64,000 bases of DNA from positions 212,269 through 276,268 of the forward strand of contig JAYRJL010000005.1 of NCBI GenBank assembly GCA_041906305.1, read 5' to 3'. Source of the stretch: Alphaproteobacteria bacterium (lineage in GTDB: Bacteria > Pseudomonadota > Alphaproteobacteria > SHVZ01). The notes below the pieces were generated by a model, which was given only the letters and a program-made list of their open reading frames with translations, searched no databases and was not told the DNA's origin. The position numbers and the translations under genes were made by a program. Below, in pieces: positions 19,109 through 27,550 of this stretch (position 1 is the stretch's first letter; every line of letters begins with the position of its first letter).

Positions 19109-19699
19109 ATGGAAAGTTCCTCGCATCGCAGTCCCGCTCCGCCCCGAGCCGGCGAAGCCGACGCCGTGGCCATCGAGATACGGCTGTCCTCGCTCCAGCA
19201 GCTCTTCAACTCCTTCGACCCGTCGCCCTTCCACGACAAGGAGCTCGATCGCGAGGCGGAGGAGTACATCGTCGGCTCGGTCGACGAGTATCCGCTGGCC
19301 CGCCCGCTGCGGCTCGTGGTGCGCCTTCCGGCGGAGCGGATCGCACCCGGCGACGCGGCGACCGTCCAGCAGGCCGTCGCCAACTATTTCACCTATCGCG
19401 GCGTCGAGGCGGCGCGGCGGTTGCGCTTCCAGCTCCGAGAAGGTCGCTTTGCGCTCGCGATCGGCCTGATGTTCCTCTTCGCCTGCGTCGTGATACGGCA
19501 GCTCGCGATGGAGCTTGCCGGCCCGACGGCTTCGCAGATCATCTCCGAAGGCTTCCTGATCCTGGGCTGGGTCGCGATGTGGCGCCCGCTCCAGATCTTT
19601 CTCTACGACTGGTGGCCGATCCGCCACCAGGCGCGGCTGTTCGCGAAGCTGGCCGCCATGCCGGTCGAGATCCGCGGCGAGTGGCCGCTCGAGCAGTGA
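19109..19699 (+). CDS. Hypothetical protein with two C-terminal transmembrane helices.
   Basis: The ORF track frame 18983..19699 overlaps pfkB, so the first ATG after the pfkB region was used. No family was recognised. Confidence 0.45.
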   Translation: MESSSHRSPAPPRAGEADAVAIEIRLSSLQQLFNSFDPSPFHDKELDREAEEYIVGSVDEYPLARPLRLVVRLPAERIAPGDAATVQQAVANYFTYRGVEAARRLRFQLREGRFALAIGLMFLFACVVIRQLAMELAGPTASQIISEGFLILGWVAMWRPLQIFLYDWWPIRHQARLFAKLAAMPVEIRGEWPLEQ

Positions 19700-19717
19700 G
19701 CGGTGCGGCCTTCGACG

Positions 19718-19731
19718 TTGATCTGCGTCAA
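19718..19731. promoter_or_regulatory. FixK/FNR-type anaerobox TTGATCTGCGTCAA. Its sequence is identical to the boxes at 5982 and 27503.
   Basis: Its centre is 85 bp upstream of the ATG at 19809. Confidence 0.55.
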
Positions 19732-19808
19732 GGCGGTCCCCGCGCGCATTGCTAGCTTGTGACGGACGCGCGACGAAACCGTGTCGGCGTCGTGCGAGGG
19801 AGCAACCG

Positions 19809-20114
19809 ATGCTGACCCGAGAAGATTGCCTCGCCTTGAGCGGCGTCGACGAAGAGATCATCGACGCGATCGCCGAGCACGAGCACATTCCGGAAATGGT
19901 CGCGGCCGAGCTCGGCTGCTATCTGTGTCGCTCACCGGCCGGGGAGCTGCGCATCCGCCGCATCGTGCTTGATGACATCGAAGCCGCGCGGGCCGCTGGA
20001 AACGAGGAGAAGGTCCTGCACCTGAAGCTGGCTCTCGCCGCCTTCATCCGCAATCATCCGGTCTGCCTCGCCGTCGCCCCGGACGCGCCTAGAGACGGTG
20101 CCGTCGGCGTCTGA
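19809..20114 (+). CDS. Small hypothetical protein of 101 aa containing CxxC.
   Basis: A GAGGGA RBS precedes the start. The sequence reads MLTREDCLALSGVDEEIIDAIAEHEHIPEMVAAELGCYLC. Confidence 0.4.
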   Translation: MLTREDCLALSGVDEEIIDAIAEHEHIPEMVAAELGCYLCRSPAGELRIRRIVLDDIEAARAAGNEEKVLHLKLALAAFIRNHPVCLAVAPDAPRDGAVGV

Positions 20115-20123
20115 CGCCTGCGG

Positions 20124-20621
20124 CTATCGTGCGGTGATGACGACGAGCAGCCGGTCCTCGAACGAGCCGGCGGCGGGGCTCTGGTCGTCCGTCAGCTCGA
20201 GCTCGAGAAGCTGCGGAGCGCCGCTATCGGCGCCGGCATTCATCGCGAGCTGCGCCTCTCCGTTCTCGAACCGGACTTCGCGTCCGCCGAAGGTCAGGCG
20301 GTAGGGAACGCTCCGGTCGCCGATTTCATCCACGAAGGCCGGCGATCCGTCGCTGGTCGTATTGGTCGAGCTCAGCTTCACGGAGAACAGCTTGTTGTTC
20401 GCGGAGATGTTGAGTTCGGTGAGGATCACCCGCCCGCGACGGGACGCGAGCGGAACCAGCGACGCGGTCTGGGTCATGGATATGCTGGCGCGCGCCGGCA
20501 CATAACCGGCGATCTGAAGATTCGACTTGGGATTGGCCGCGGCCGTGCCCGAGACACTAGCGATCCCGACGGGAAGCATGAGCACCGTCAGGAGACGAAG
20601 GATGGCTGTGCGAACCCCCAT
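20124..20621 (-). CDS. Spore-coat-U (SCPU) domain minor pilus subunit, Csu-type. It is the last gene of the pilus operon.
   Basis: It has a signal peptide (MGVRTAILRLLTVLMLPVGIASVSG). Its size matches CsuA/B-like subunits, and it lies directly downstream of the tip subunit gene. Confidence 0.6.
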   Translation of the reverse strand: MGVRTAILRLLTVLMLPVGIASVSGTAAANPKSNLQIAGYVPARASISMTQTASLVPLASRRGRVILTELNISANNKLFSVKLSSTNTTSDGSPAFVDEIGDRSVPYRLTFGGREVRFENGEAQLAMNAGADSGAPQLLELELTDDQSPAAGSFEDRLLVVITAR

Positions 20622-20647
20622 ACCTTTTATGTAGGCAGCGGAGCCCG

Positions 20648-21583
20648 CTACCGCAAGCTCCAAACCACGAGATTGATGACATCGCCGTAGTCGCCGGCCG
20701 ACGCGTCCTCGGTCGAATCCACAATGAACTCAAGCCTGTGGGTCCGGCCGCCGGGCCCGGTCCTTTCGCTGTTCACGATCGCCGTCGTCTCGCCGCCGTT
20801 GAGCTTGAGCGGGCTTCCGTCGACGAGCACGGTGTAGGGCACGACGCTCTCGTCGCTCGCATCGAGGGGACGCAACGCGCCGCCGTTCATGGACTGGAGA
20901 AGCAGGCGGTAGCCGCCATTGCTTCGCGCTTTCACATGCACCACCTGCCGGTCCCCGGCGCGAAGCTGGCCGAAATGGACAGTGTGGCTGCCGCGGTTGG
21001 GGTCGAAGCCCGTGCCTTCGGCGAAAGACACCTGCGCCACCGACGGCACCGGTGCCGAAACCGCGACGCGGCGGCGATCCCGGACCACGCCCGAGCCGAA
21101 GACGCCTTCGTACAGCGTGAACTCGATCTCGCCGCTGTAGAATCCGGATCCGGCGACCTGCTCCGGCGGGATCGAGAGCACGAGCTGCTGGATGACCGTC
21201 CCGCCCGCCGGAACGGCGCCGACATACATGTCCGCCTCGACCGCGAGCCCCGACGGACGCAGCGGCTGGCCGCCGCTCGCGTCCTTGGAGAGCCCGAATT
21301 CGAGCGAGCCCTCGCCGCCGACCAGGTACCCGGTTCCGTCGCCGCGGCCGTTCGACGGCGAGACTGTCAGATAGTACGCGCAGCCCCCGTCGTTGCTGCG
21401 CACGCGGAAATAGACGAGCTGGATGCGGCGCTGCGGGTCGAAGACGTCGTAGCCGCGGCCGTTGCCGCCGGCCCAGGTGGTCGAGGTGATGTCGCCGATG
21501 TTGATGTTGCACGCGGCCTCGGCGGCGCCGGCGAGGAGGGTCCATGTGGTCGCGGCGCCGAGCAGGAGCTTTCTGAGGTTCAT
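20648..21583 (-). CDS. Large two-domain SCPU-family pilus tip subunit (CsuE-like putative adhesin).
   Basis: It is about 311 aa, with the signal peptide MNLRKLLLGAATTWTLLAGAAEA. It follows the usher gene directly, and its start is 12 bp downstream of the usher stop (the alternative GTG at 21598 would overlap the usher stop). Confidence 0.65.
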   Translation of the reverse strand: MNLRKLLLGAATTWTLLAGAAEAACNINIGDITSTTWAGGNGRGYDVFDPQRRIQLVYFRVRSNDGGCAYYLTVSPSNGRGDGTGYLVGGEGSLEFGLSKDASGGQPLRPSGLAVEADMYVGAVPAGGTVIQQLVLSIPPEQVAGSGFYSGEIEFTLYEGVFGSGVVRDRRRVAVSAPVPSVAQVSFAEGTGFDPNRGSHTVHFGQLRAGDRQVVHVKARSNGGYRLLLQSMNGGALRPLDASDESVVPYTVLVDGSPLKLNGGETTAIVNSERTGPGGRTHRLEFIVDSTEDASAGDYGDVINLVVWSLR

Positions 21584-21594
21584 GGAGAGCGCCC

Positions 21595-24156
21595 TCACGG
21601 TGTGATCGGGTAGGTCAGACGGCCGAGATCGACACGGCCGGTGCTGTCGGCCGGAATATCGAACTCGATCGCCTTGTCGGGGTCGTTCGCCAGCGTCAGC
21701 CGGAAACGGCCCGACGAGAGTCCTTCGACGCGGAAGCGGCCGCCCCGGCTGGTGAAGAAGTCGATCGCGGGACGCGACGGATCGTCGACGGAGGTGATGG
21801 TGCCGGCTTCGAGCGGCAGCGGCTTGTCCTCGGCGTCGACGAGGAGGCCGTCGCCGAGCACGGTCGCACCGGTGCCGACATTGATCACCGTGCCGCTGCG
21901 GTAGGTCGGCTGCAGGTCGTAGACCTGCCGGCCGAGCTCGTAGCCGAGCGGAAGCTCGGGCGCGTCGATGGTGACGTGGTGCTGATAGTAGGATCCCAGC
22001 TCGGGCAGCACGGCGGTGCCGAGAATGTCGGTCCGTGCCTGGGGCGTCTCGCTGATGTTGTTCACCTCGATCGACTGGCCGGCCAGGGACGGGTGCGGGA
22101 CGAAGAGAGCGAAGCTGTCGTTGATCGGCCGCGTGATCGCGGTCTGGCCGCCGGCAAAGGCGATCGCCGTGCCGAAGTTGACCCGGGTCCGAGGATGGGT
22201 CGAGTTGCCGTCGCCGCGCTCGGTCATCGTCGCGTGCGAGGCGGAGGTGGTGAAGCGATAGCCGGTGTAGCCGACGTCGCCGTCGATCGTGTCGCGGCCG
22301 GCGTCGCGGCCGAGCGCAAGGTCTGCCTGGACGCCGTCAACCCGCATCGTCGGCGTATAGGACCAGTCGACCCTGCGGGCGCGCTCGGTCGTATCGTAGG
22401 AGGTGCCGACGCGCTGGCCGGAGCCGCGCGGGAACCAGGAAACGCCGAGGAAGATGCGGTTGTCGCTGCCGCCGTAGCTCGCTTGGCGCGTGCTCAGCAG
22501 CAGCGACGCGGTGACGTCCTCGGCGATCTGCATGCTCATGCTCGCGTCGCCCGTGGTCACGTTCGGCTGGCCGTCGCGCGCGAACTGCCGGGCGACGCCG
22601 AGACTGCCGTAGAGCGTCTCGCTGAGCCGCTGCCCGAACAGCACGCCGAGGCTGAGCGCGACCGGGTTGCTGGCCGAGGTCTGCGAGATGCTGGTGAAGT
22701 CGGGCGAGCGATACGTCGCGGTCGAGGCGAGGAACCGCCCGCGCGAGGTGGTCGACGGGCTCTCGGTGAACCGGTGCTGGATGCGGAAGGCGCCGCCGGT
22801 GCCGGCGAAGCTCGACTGGCTGGCGGAGAGGTCGGAGCGGAAGGTTCCGATGGCGGTCGCGAGCCGCATCTCGGTCCCCACCAGGTTCACGTTCCGCGAG
22901 GCCTGGTAGTTGCCGCCGAGCGTCAGCTGGTCGGTGAGGCCGAAGGTGTGGAACGCCGAGACCACGCGGTCCGTGCGGTCGTAGGTGCGGCCGGCGTTGG
23001 TCGCCGTCGAGGGGAAGCCGATGGCATAGCCGAAATCCTGCTCGCCCTCCGCCAGCACGCTCGCATCGAAGACGAAGGGAAAGCGGATGACGTCGACGCG
23101 GCCGACCTCGTCGACGATCCGCAGCGTCACGTCGTTGGTGCCGCCGACCAAGGGCAGGTCGCGGACGTTGTAGCGGCCGGGCGTGAGGTCGAGGGTCCGC
23201 ATCCGCTGCCCGTTGACGATCACGTCGACGCGGGCGTTGCGGTCGAGGTTCAGGTCGGTCTCGCCGACCGGGGCGCTCGAGCGGTAGGGCTGGAGCCCGA
23301 AGTTGCGGGCGATCGAGATGCCGCCGGCGCGGCGGTAGGACTGGAAGCCACCGATGCCATAGTTGACGTCGCCTATCGACAGCCGGGTGCGGCTCTCCGG
23401 ATCGTCGCGGACGATCCGCGTGTCGCCCCGCGTCCAGGGCGCCGCGCCGATGTCGCGATAGGTCCCGACGCTCTCGATGACGTTGCCGTAGAGATTCAGC
23501 GCCGCGTCGAGGTCGGTGACGATCGGCGTCGACCCGTCGCGGTTCGGAACGAAGTCGTGCCCGGAAAGCAGATTGACGTAGCCGCTGACGTCGGCGGGCG
23601 CGAGGAGCTCCCTGCGTTCGGCACCATACGGGTTGGCGAGGCTGAGCGACTGGGTCGTGCGCATGTCGAGCGGCACGCGCAGCGTCGCCTCGATACGGCC
23701 GATGTCGTAGGCGACGGCGATGCCCTCGCTGCGGATGTCGTCGGCGGTGAGGCGTCCGCCCGAGCCGATCCGCGCCCGCAGCGCCTGCAGCTTCTCGGGC
23801 ACGAGAAACCGCTCCAGCAGCTTGAGCAGGGCAGGGCCGTCGAAGGCGAGGAGCTCGTCCCGGACCGAGATGAAGGCGACGGCCTCGCCCAACGGCAGCT
23901 GCTCGATCTTCACCGGAATCTCGAGGCGGGTCGCCGGCGGCGGCTTTTTCGCCTCGGGCTTGGACGGGGTCGGCTCGTCGGTCTTGGGGGCGGCGGCGAT
24001 GCCCGGCTGCAGCGGCAGGGTCCGCATGGACGCCACGCCGGACGGATCCGCGAGAGCGCTGCCGGCGACCGCCGTCAGCGCGAGGGCGAGGAGACCCGGG
24101 ATCAGCCCGCGGGTGTCGCCGAAAAGGAAAGGGCGGCGGCAGTGACGACGCGACAT
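21595..24156 (-). CDS. Outer-membrane fimbrial usher protein.
   Basis: It is 853 aa with a signal peptide. Its size and overall architecture match PapC/CsuD ushers, and it lies between the chaperone and tip genes. Confidence 0.85.
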   Translation of the reverse strand: MSRRHCRRPFLFGDTRGLIPGLLALALTAVAGSALADPSGVASMRTLPLQPGIAAAPKTDEPTPSKPEAKKPPPATRLEIPVKIEQLPLGEAVAFISVRDELLAFDGPALLKLLERFLVPEKLQALRARIGSGGRLTADDIRSEGIAVAYDIGRIEATLRVPLDMRTTQSLSLANPYGAERRELLAPADVSGYVNLLSGHDFVPNRDGSTPIVTDLDAALNLYGNVIESVGTYRDIGAAPWTRGDTRIVRDDPESRTRLSIGDVNYGIGGFQSYRRAGGISIARNFGLQPYRSSAPVGETDLNLDRNARVDVIVNGQRMRTLDLTPGRYNVRDLPLVGGTNDVTLRIVDEVGRVDVIRFPFVFDASVLAEGEQDFGYAIGFPSTATNAGRTYDRTDRVVSAFHTFGLTDQLTLGGNYQASRNVNLVGTEMRLATAIGTFRSDLSASQSSFAGTGGAFRIQHRFTESPSTTSRGRFLASTATYRSPDFTSISQTSASNPVALSLGVLFGQRLSETLYGSLGVARQFARDGQPNVTTGDASMSMQIAEDVTASLLLSTRQASYGGSDNRIFLGVSWFPRGSGQRVGTSYDTTERARRVDWSYTPTMRVDGVQADLALGRDAGRDTIDGDVGYTGYRFTTSASHATMTERGDGNSTHPRTRVNFGTAIAFAGGQTAITRPINDSFALFVPHPSLAGQSIEVNNISETPQARTDILGTAVLPELGSYYQHHVTIDAPELPLGYELGRQVYDLQPTYRSGTVINVGTGATVLGDGLLVDAEDKPLPLEAGTITSVDDPSRPAIDFFTSRGGRFRVEGLSSGRFRLTLANDPDKAIEFDIPADSTGRVDLGRLTYPITP

Positions 24157-24196
24157 GCGCCTTCGCCTCCCGCCGCCCTCGTGTACGCGCGAGGGA

Positions 24197-24967
24197 TTAC
24201 TGTGCCGTGTACTTGAAGTCGGCCTTGATCGCGCCTTCGGGCAGATCCTGGGGCAGCGGCAGCAGGAACCGGCGCTGAGACTTGGCGAGGATGTTCTCGC
24301 CGGTCACGGTCTCGGCGACCGCCGACTTGTCGAGGGTGCGGCTGACGCTGCCGGCGGAAACGGTCACCGAGGGAGCGTCGATGATCGCATGGCGGCTGCC
24401 GCGATTCTCGAGCACGACCTCGAGCAGCTTGCCGCCGCCGCGCGGGGCGGGCACGGCCTGCGCCGAGGCGACGACCACGTCGGCCTTCACGCCCTTCGGC
24501 ACGACGTAGATCGAGCCGACGTAGCGGACGGTGAGGAACACCGAGGCGCCGGGCGTGTCGCGGCGCTTATTGAGCGGGGTCTCTTCGGCGATGATGCGGT
24601 AGGAGAGCTCCTGCTTGGGCGCCGGATCGCCGATCCACTTGGCGCGCACCAGGCGCGAGGTCTTCGGCTGGAGCTGGATCTCCGTCGGGAAGACGGTGAA
24701 GTCCTCGGTCGGCTCGAGCGTCTCCTGGCCGTTGATGTCGACCTTGCGGAGCGCCATCGCCACGGTGACGGTGATCGGCTCGTCGCGGTCGTTCTCGACC
24801 TGGAAGGTCTGGTTGGAGCCGCGGCCCGACGGATCGAAATCCTGCGAGATCGGGACGATCTGGAAGGCGCTGGCGGCGGACGAGATCGCGCCCGAGACCA
24901 GCACGCCGGCGACGAGGGCGGCCACCTTGCGGCCGCCCATGTCGGGGAGAAGCTTGAACAGGTTCAT
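24197..24967 (-). CDS. Periplasmic pilus chaperone (PapD-like / CsuC).
   Basis: The N-terminus MNLFKLLPDMGGRKVAALVAGVLVSGAISSAASA is a signal peptide, and an Ig-like chaperone fold follows (FQIVPISQDF...). A GAGG RBS is present. The start was chosen at M89 of the track ORF. Confidence 0.8.
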   Translation of the reverse strand: MNLFKLLPDMGGRKVAALVAGVLVSGAISSAASAFQIVPISQDFDPSGRGSNQTFQVENDRDEPITVTVAMALRKVDINGQETLEPTEDFTVFPTEIQLQPKTSRLVRAKWIGDPAPKQELSYRIIAEETPLNKRRDTPGASVFLTVRYVGSIYVVPKGVKADVVVASAQAVPAPRGGGKLLEVVLENRGSRHAIIDAPSVTVSAGSVSRTLDKSAVAETVTGENILAKSQRRFLLPLPQDLPEGAIKADFKYTAQ

Positions 24968-24974
24968 GGCAGCC

Positions 24975-25571
24975 TCACTGCATGTTGAGAGAGATGGTGA
25001 CGATGTCTTGGTAGGTACCGGCGCCGAGGTCCGACGACCCGGTGAAGTTGAGGTAGATCTGGCTTGTCTCGTTGGTGACCTTGCCATGCGTGACTTCGCG
25101 GCCGACCTGGCCGACGCAGCTCGTGGCGAGGAGCCCGGTGACGACCGGGGTGCTTCCGCCGGTCGCCGGATTGACGAACTCGGCGGAGTAGGGGAGGAAC
25201 TCGTCCGACCCCGTGTTGAGGATCTTGCCACCGGCCGGTGCCACCGCGCAGCTCATCGAGGTGACGCTGACGATGTAGCTGCGCCTGCCGTTGCAGTCCT
25301 GGAGAGCGCTGCCGATCATGATCCGGTGCGCTCCCGGCGCGGTGATCGGAAGCTCGACGGCCTGGGACGTCGAGGAAACGTTGATCGTGCATTTGCCCTC
25401 GACCGTCCCCGAGAGCAGGATTGCAGTCGCGGCCTCGCAGACGTCGCAGACGTCGAGCAGCCATGGAGCCGTGAGCGCCCCGCCCGTGAGGGCCGCCGCG
25501 AGGGCCAGCGCCAGCCATGCTTTGCGGAAGTTCGGCATGTTGCTGCGGAAATCATCGTCGCTGCGTTTCAA
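24975..25571 (-). CDS. SCPU-domain major pilin paralog 4, Csu-type.
   Basis: It has a signal peptide, a CDVCEAA motif and a C-terminal GTYQDIVTISLNMQ donor-strand-like motif. Confidence 0.75.
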   Translation of the reverse strand: MKRSDDDFRSNMPNFRKAWLALALAAALTGGALTAPWLLDVCDVCEAATAILLSGTVEGKCTINVSSTSQAVELPITAPGAHRIMIGSALQDCNGRRSYIVSVTSMSCAVAPAGGKILNTGSDEFLPYSAEFVNPATGGSTPVVTGLLATSCVGQVGREVTHGKVTNETSQIYLNFTGSSDLGAGTYQDIVTISLNMQ

Positions 25572-25587
25572 GCTCGAGGCGTGCCGG

Positions 25588-26160
25588 TCACTTCGTCGCG
25601 AGCGTGACGGTCAGGGTGTCGGTGTAGGTACCCGCCGTGAGCGCACCCGAGCCCGTGTAGTTGAGATAGACGTAGCTGGTCTCGGCAAAGATCGGCACGC
25701 CGGTGACGTCGCGCGCGACCTGCGAGGAGCAGCTGCTGAGCAGAAGATCGGTGGTGTCGGTGCTGGTGCCGGTGGCGGGATTGTCGAACTCGACGGAGTA
25801 CTGAAGATAGTCGGTCGCCGGCGTCGGCCCGACGACCTTCGCGCCGGTCGGAGCCGCCGCACAGTGCGACGAGGTCACGGTCAGCGTGTAGCCGTCAGGG
25901 TCGTTGCAGCTCTGCACGACGTTGGCGACCATGACGCGGGTGACGCCGCCCGTCAGGGTGAGGTTGGAGGCGGCCGGAAGGGCCGTCGCATCGACCGAGC
26001 AGGTCGGTCCGACGATTCCGGAGAGCGGGATCGTGTCGGAGAGCTGCGCCATGCAGATGTCGCACTTAGAGAATGACCAGACGCCGACGAGCGCGAGTCC
26101 GAGGGCGGCGAGGCCGCCGGCGATCAGGTTGCGCCTGGTGAACTTGCTGGGGGACTTCAT
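25588..26160 (-). CDS. SCPU-domain major pilin paralog 3.
   Basis: The sequence runs MKSPSKFTRRNLIAGGLAALGLALVGVWSFSKCDICMAQ...GTYTDTLTVTLATK. The start at 26160 is consistent with the FixK box spacing. Confidence 0.75.
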   Translation of the reverse strand: MKSPSKFTRRNLIAGGLAALGLALVGVWSFSKCDICMAQLSDTIPLSGIVGPTCSVDATALPAASNLTLTGGVTRVMVANVVQSCNDPDGYTLTVTSSHCAAAPTGAKVVGPTPATDYLQYSVEFDNPATGTSTDTTDLLLSSCSSQVARDVTGVPIFAETSYVYLNYTGSGALTAGTYTDTLTVTLATK

Positions 26161-26225
26161 CTTCGTTCCTCTCGCGGCTGCGGAGCCGGATAAGTGCAAT
26201 TTGATGGGTATTTGCGGTGCCGACC

Positions 26226-26239
26226 TTGAGATGGATCAA
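26226..26239. promoter_or_regulatory. FixK/FNR-type anaerobox TTGAGATGGATCAA upstream of pilin paralog 3.
   Basis: Its centre is about 72 bp upstream of the ATG at 26160. Confidence 0.55.
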
Positions 26240-26258
26240 GCAAAACCGGCGTCGCCGC

Positions 26259-26852
26259 CTACTTGATGTTCATCGTGACGGTGAGCGTGTCCTGGTAGGT
26301 GCCGGCGGCAAGCGCGCCGTCGCCGGTGAAGTTCACGAAGATGTTGCTGTTCTCGCCGAACGCCTTCCAGTTGGAGACGTCGCGCGCGACCTGGCCGGTG
26401 CAGGCGCTCTGCAGCAGGTTGGTGACGGTGGCCTGGCTGCCGCCGCCGGTCGGGTTGTTGAACTCCGCCGTGTAGCGCAGAACCTCGTTCGAGGCGGCAT
26501 CGATCACCTTGGCGCCGGCCGTGCCCGAGGCGCAGTTGAGCGAGGTGATGGTGAGCGTGTAGCCGATCTTCTTGTTGCAGGTCTGTGCGGCGGCGCCAAC
26601 CTGCACATGCTGCGCGCCCGTCGTGGTCAGAGGCAGGTTGGACGCGCCCGTCGCCGTGCTGACGCTGAGCGTGCAGTTCTGCGCCACGGCGCCTTGCAGC
26701 AGCACCGTCGTCGCGGCGGCGCAGATCTCGCAGTCCTCGGCGAACTGCGAGGCGACCACCGCGGCGCCGACGAGGACGGCGGCCACGGCCGCCGCAGCGA
26801 GAGGAGCGCGGCGATTTTTGCGGTTGAGGATGGTCATGTCTGCCGACTTCAC
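26259..26852 (-). CDS. SCPU-domain major pilin paralog 2.
   Basis: The sequence ...FAEDCEICAAATTVLLQG...GTYQDTLTVTMNIK identifies it. Its ATG and the stop of paralog 1 overlap in an ATGA arrangement. Confidence 0.75.
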   Translation of the reverse strand: MKSADMTILNRKNRRAPLAAAAVAAVLVGAAVVASQFAEDCEICAAATTVLLQGAVAQNCTLSVSTATGASNLPLTTTGAQHVQVGAAAQTCNKKIGYTLTITSLNCASGTAGAKVIDAASNEVLRYTAEFNNPTGGGSQATVTNLLQSACTGQVARDVSNWKAFGENSNIFVNFTGDGALAAGTYQDTLTVTMNIK

Positions 26853-27415
26853 TTCACGTTCATGGTGACGGTGATCGTGTCCTGGTACGTGCCGGCGGCG
26901 AGGTTGCCGTCACCGGTGAAGTTCACGAAGACCAGGCTGCTCTCGTTCCGCGCCTTCCAGTTGGTGACGTCGCGACCGACCTGGCTCGCGCAGGCCGACT
27001 GCAGCAGGCCGGTCACGGTCGCCTGGCTGCCGCCGTCCGTCGGGTTGTTGAACTCGGTGCTGTAGGCCAGGACCTCGGTCGACACCGGATCGATCACCTT
27101 CGCGCCGGCAGTGCCGCTCGCGCAGTTTGCCGAGCTGACGGTAAGCGTGTAGCCGACCTTCTTGTTGCAACTCTGGAGGACCGAGCCGACCTGGACATGC
27201 TGGCTGCCGGCGGTCGTCAGGGGCAGGTTCGCCGCCGCGGCCGTCGAACTGACGTCGAGCGTGCAGTTCTGCGCGACGGTGCCCTGCAGCAGGATCTGGT
27301 TCGCCGCCTCGCACACCTCGCAGTCGCTGAACAGCGACAGCCCGGCGGCAATCGCGATCGCGCCGGCACCGGCGGCGAGCAGATGCCACCGCTTGAACTG
27401 GGGTTTGAACGACAT
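26849..27415 (-). CDS. SCPU-domain major pilin paralog 1, the first gene of the pilus operon.
   Basis: The sequence runs MSFKPQFKRWHLLAAGAGAIAIAAGLSLFSDCEVCEAAN...GTYQDTITVTMNVK. Confidence 0.75.
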   Translation of the reverse strand: MSFKPQFKRWHLLAAGAGAIAIAAGLSLFSDCEVCEAANQILLQGTVAQNCTLDVSSTAAAANLPLTTAGSQHVQVGSVLQSCNKKVGYTLTVSSANCASGTAGAKVIDPVSTEVLAYSTEFNNPTDGGSQATVTGLLQSACASQVGRDVTNWKARNESSLVFVNFTGDGNLAAGTYQDTITVTMNVK

Positions 27416-27502
27416 GGTTTGCCCTTTCCGAGATCAGGAGGGTGGCCTGGCGGACCACCGCACTTTCTGTTTCCAGGAGAGCAAATCGCCGCCTGACGCA
27501 CC

Positions 27503-27516
27503 TTGATCTGCGTCAA
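27503..27516. promoter_or_regulatory. FixK/FNR-type anaerobox TTGATCTGCGTCAA upstream of the pilus operon.
   Basis: Its centre is about 94 bp upstream of the ATG at 27415. Confidence 0.6.
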
Positions 27517-27550
27517 ACAAAATTGAGTAAAATGCGGCGTTTTCGAGGCG

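Noticed and set aside
19749-19808. An upstream ATG start (19749) for the small CxxC protein.
   Set aside because: The extension MLACDGRATKPCRRRAREQP lacks an RBS. It would also place the FixK box only about 25 bp from the start. The ATG at 19809 has a GAGGGA RBS and proper box spacing.
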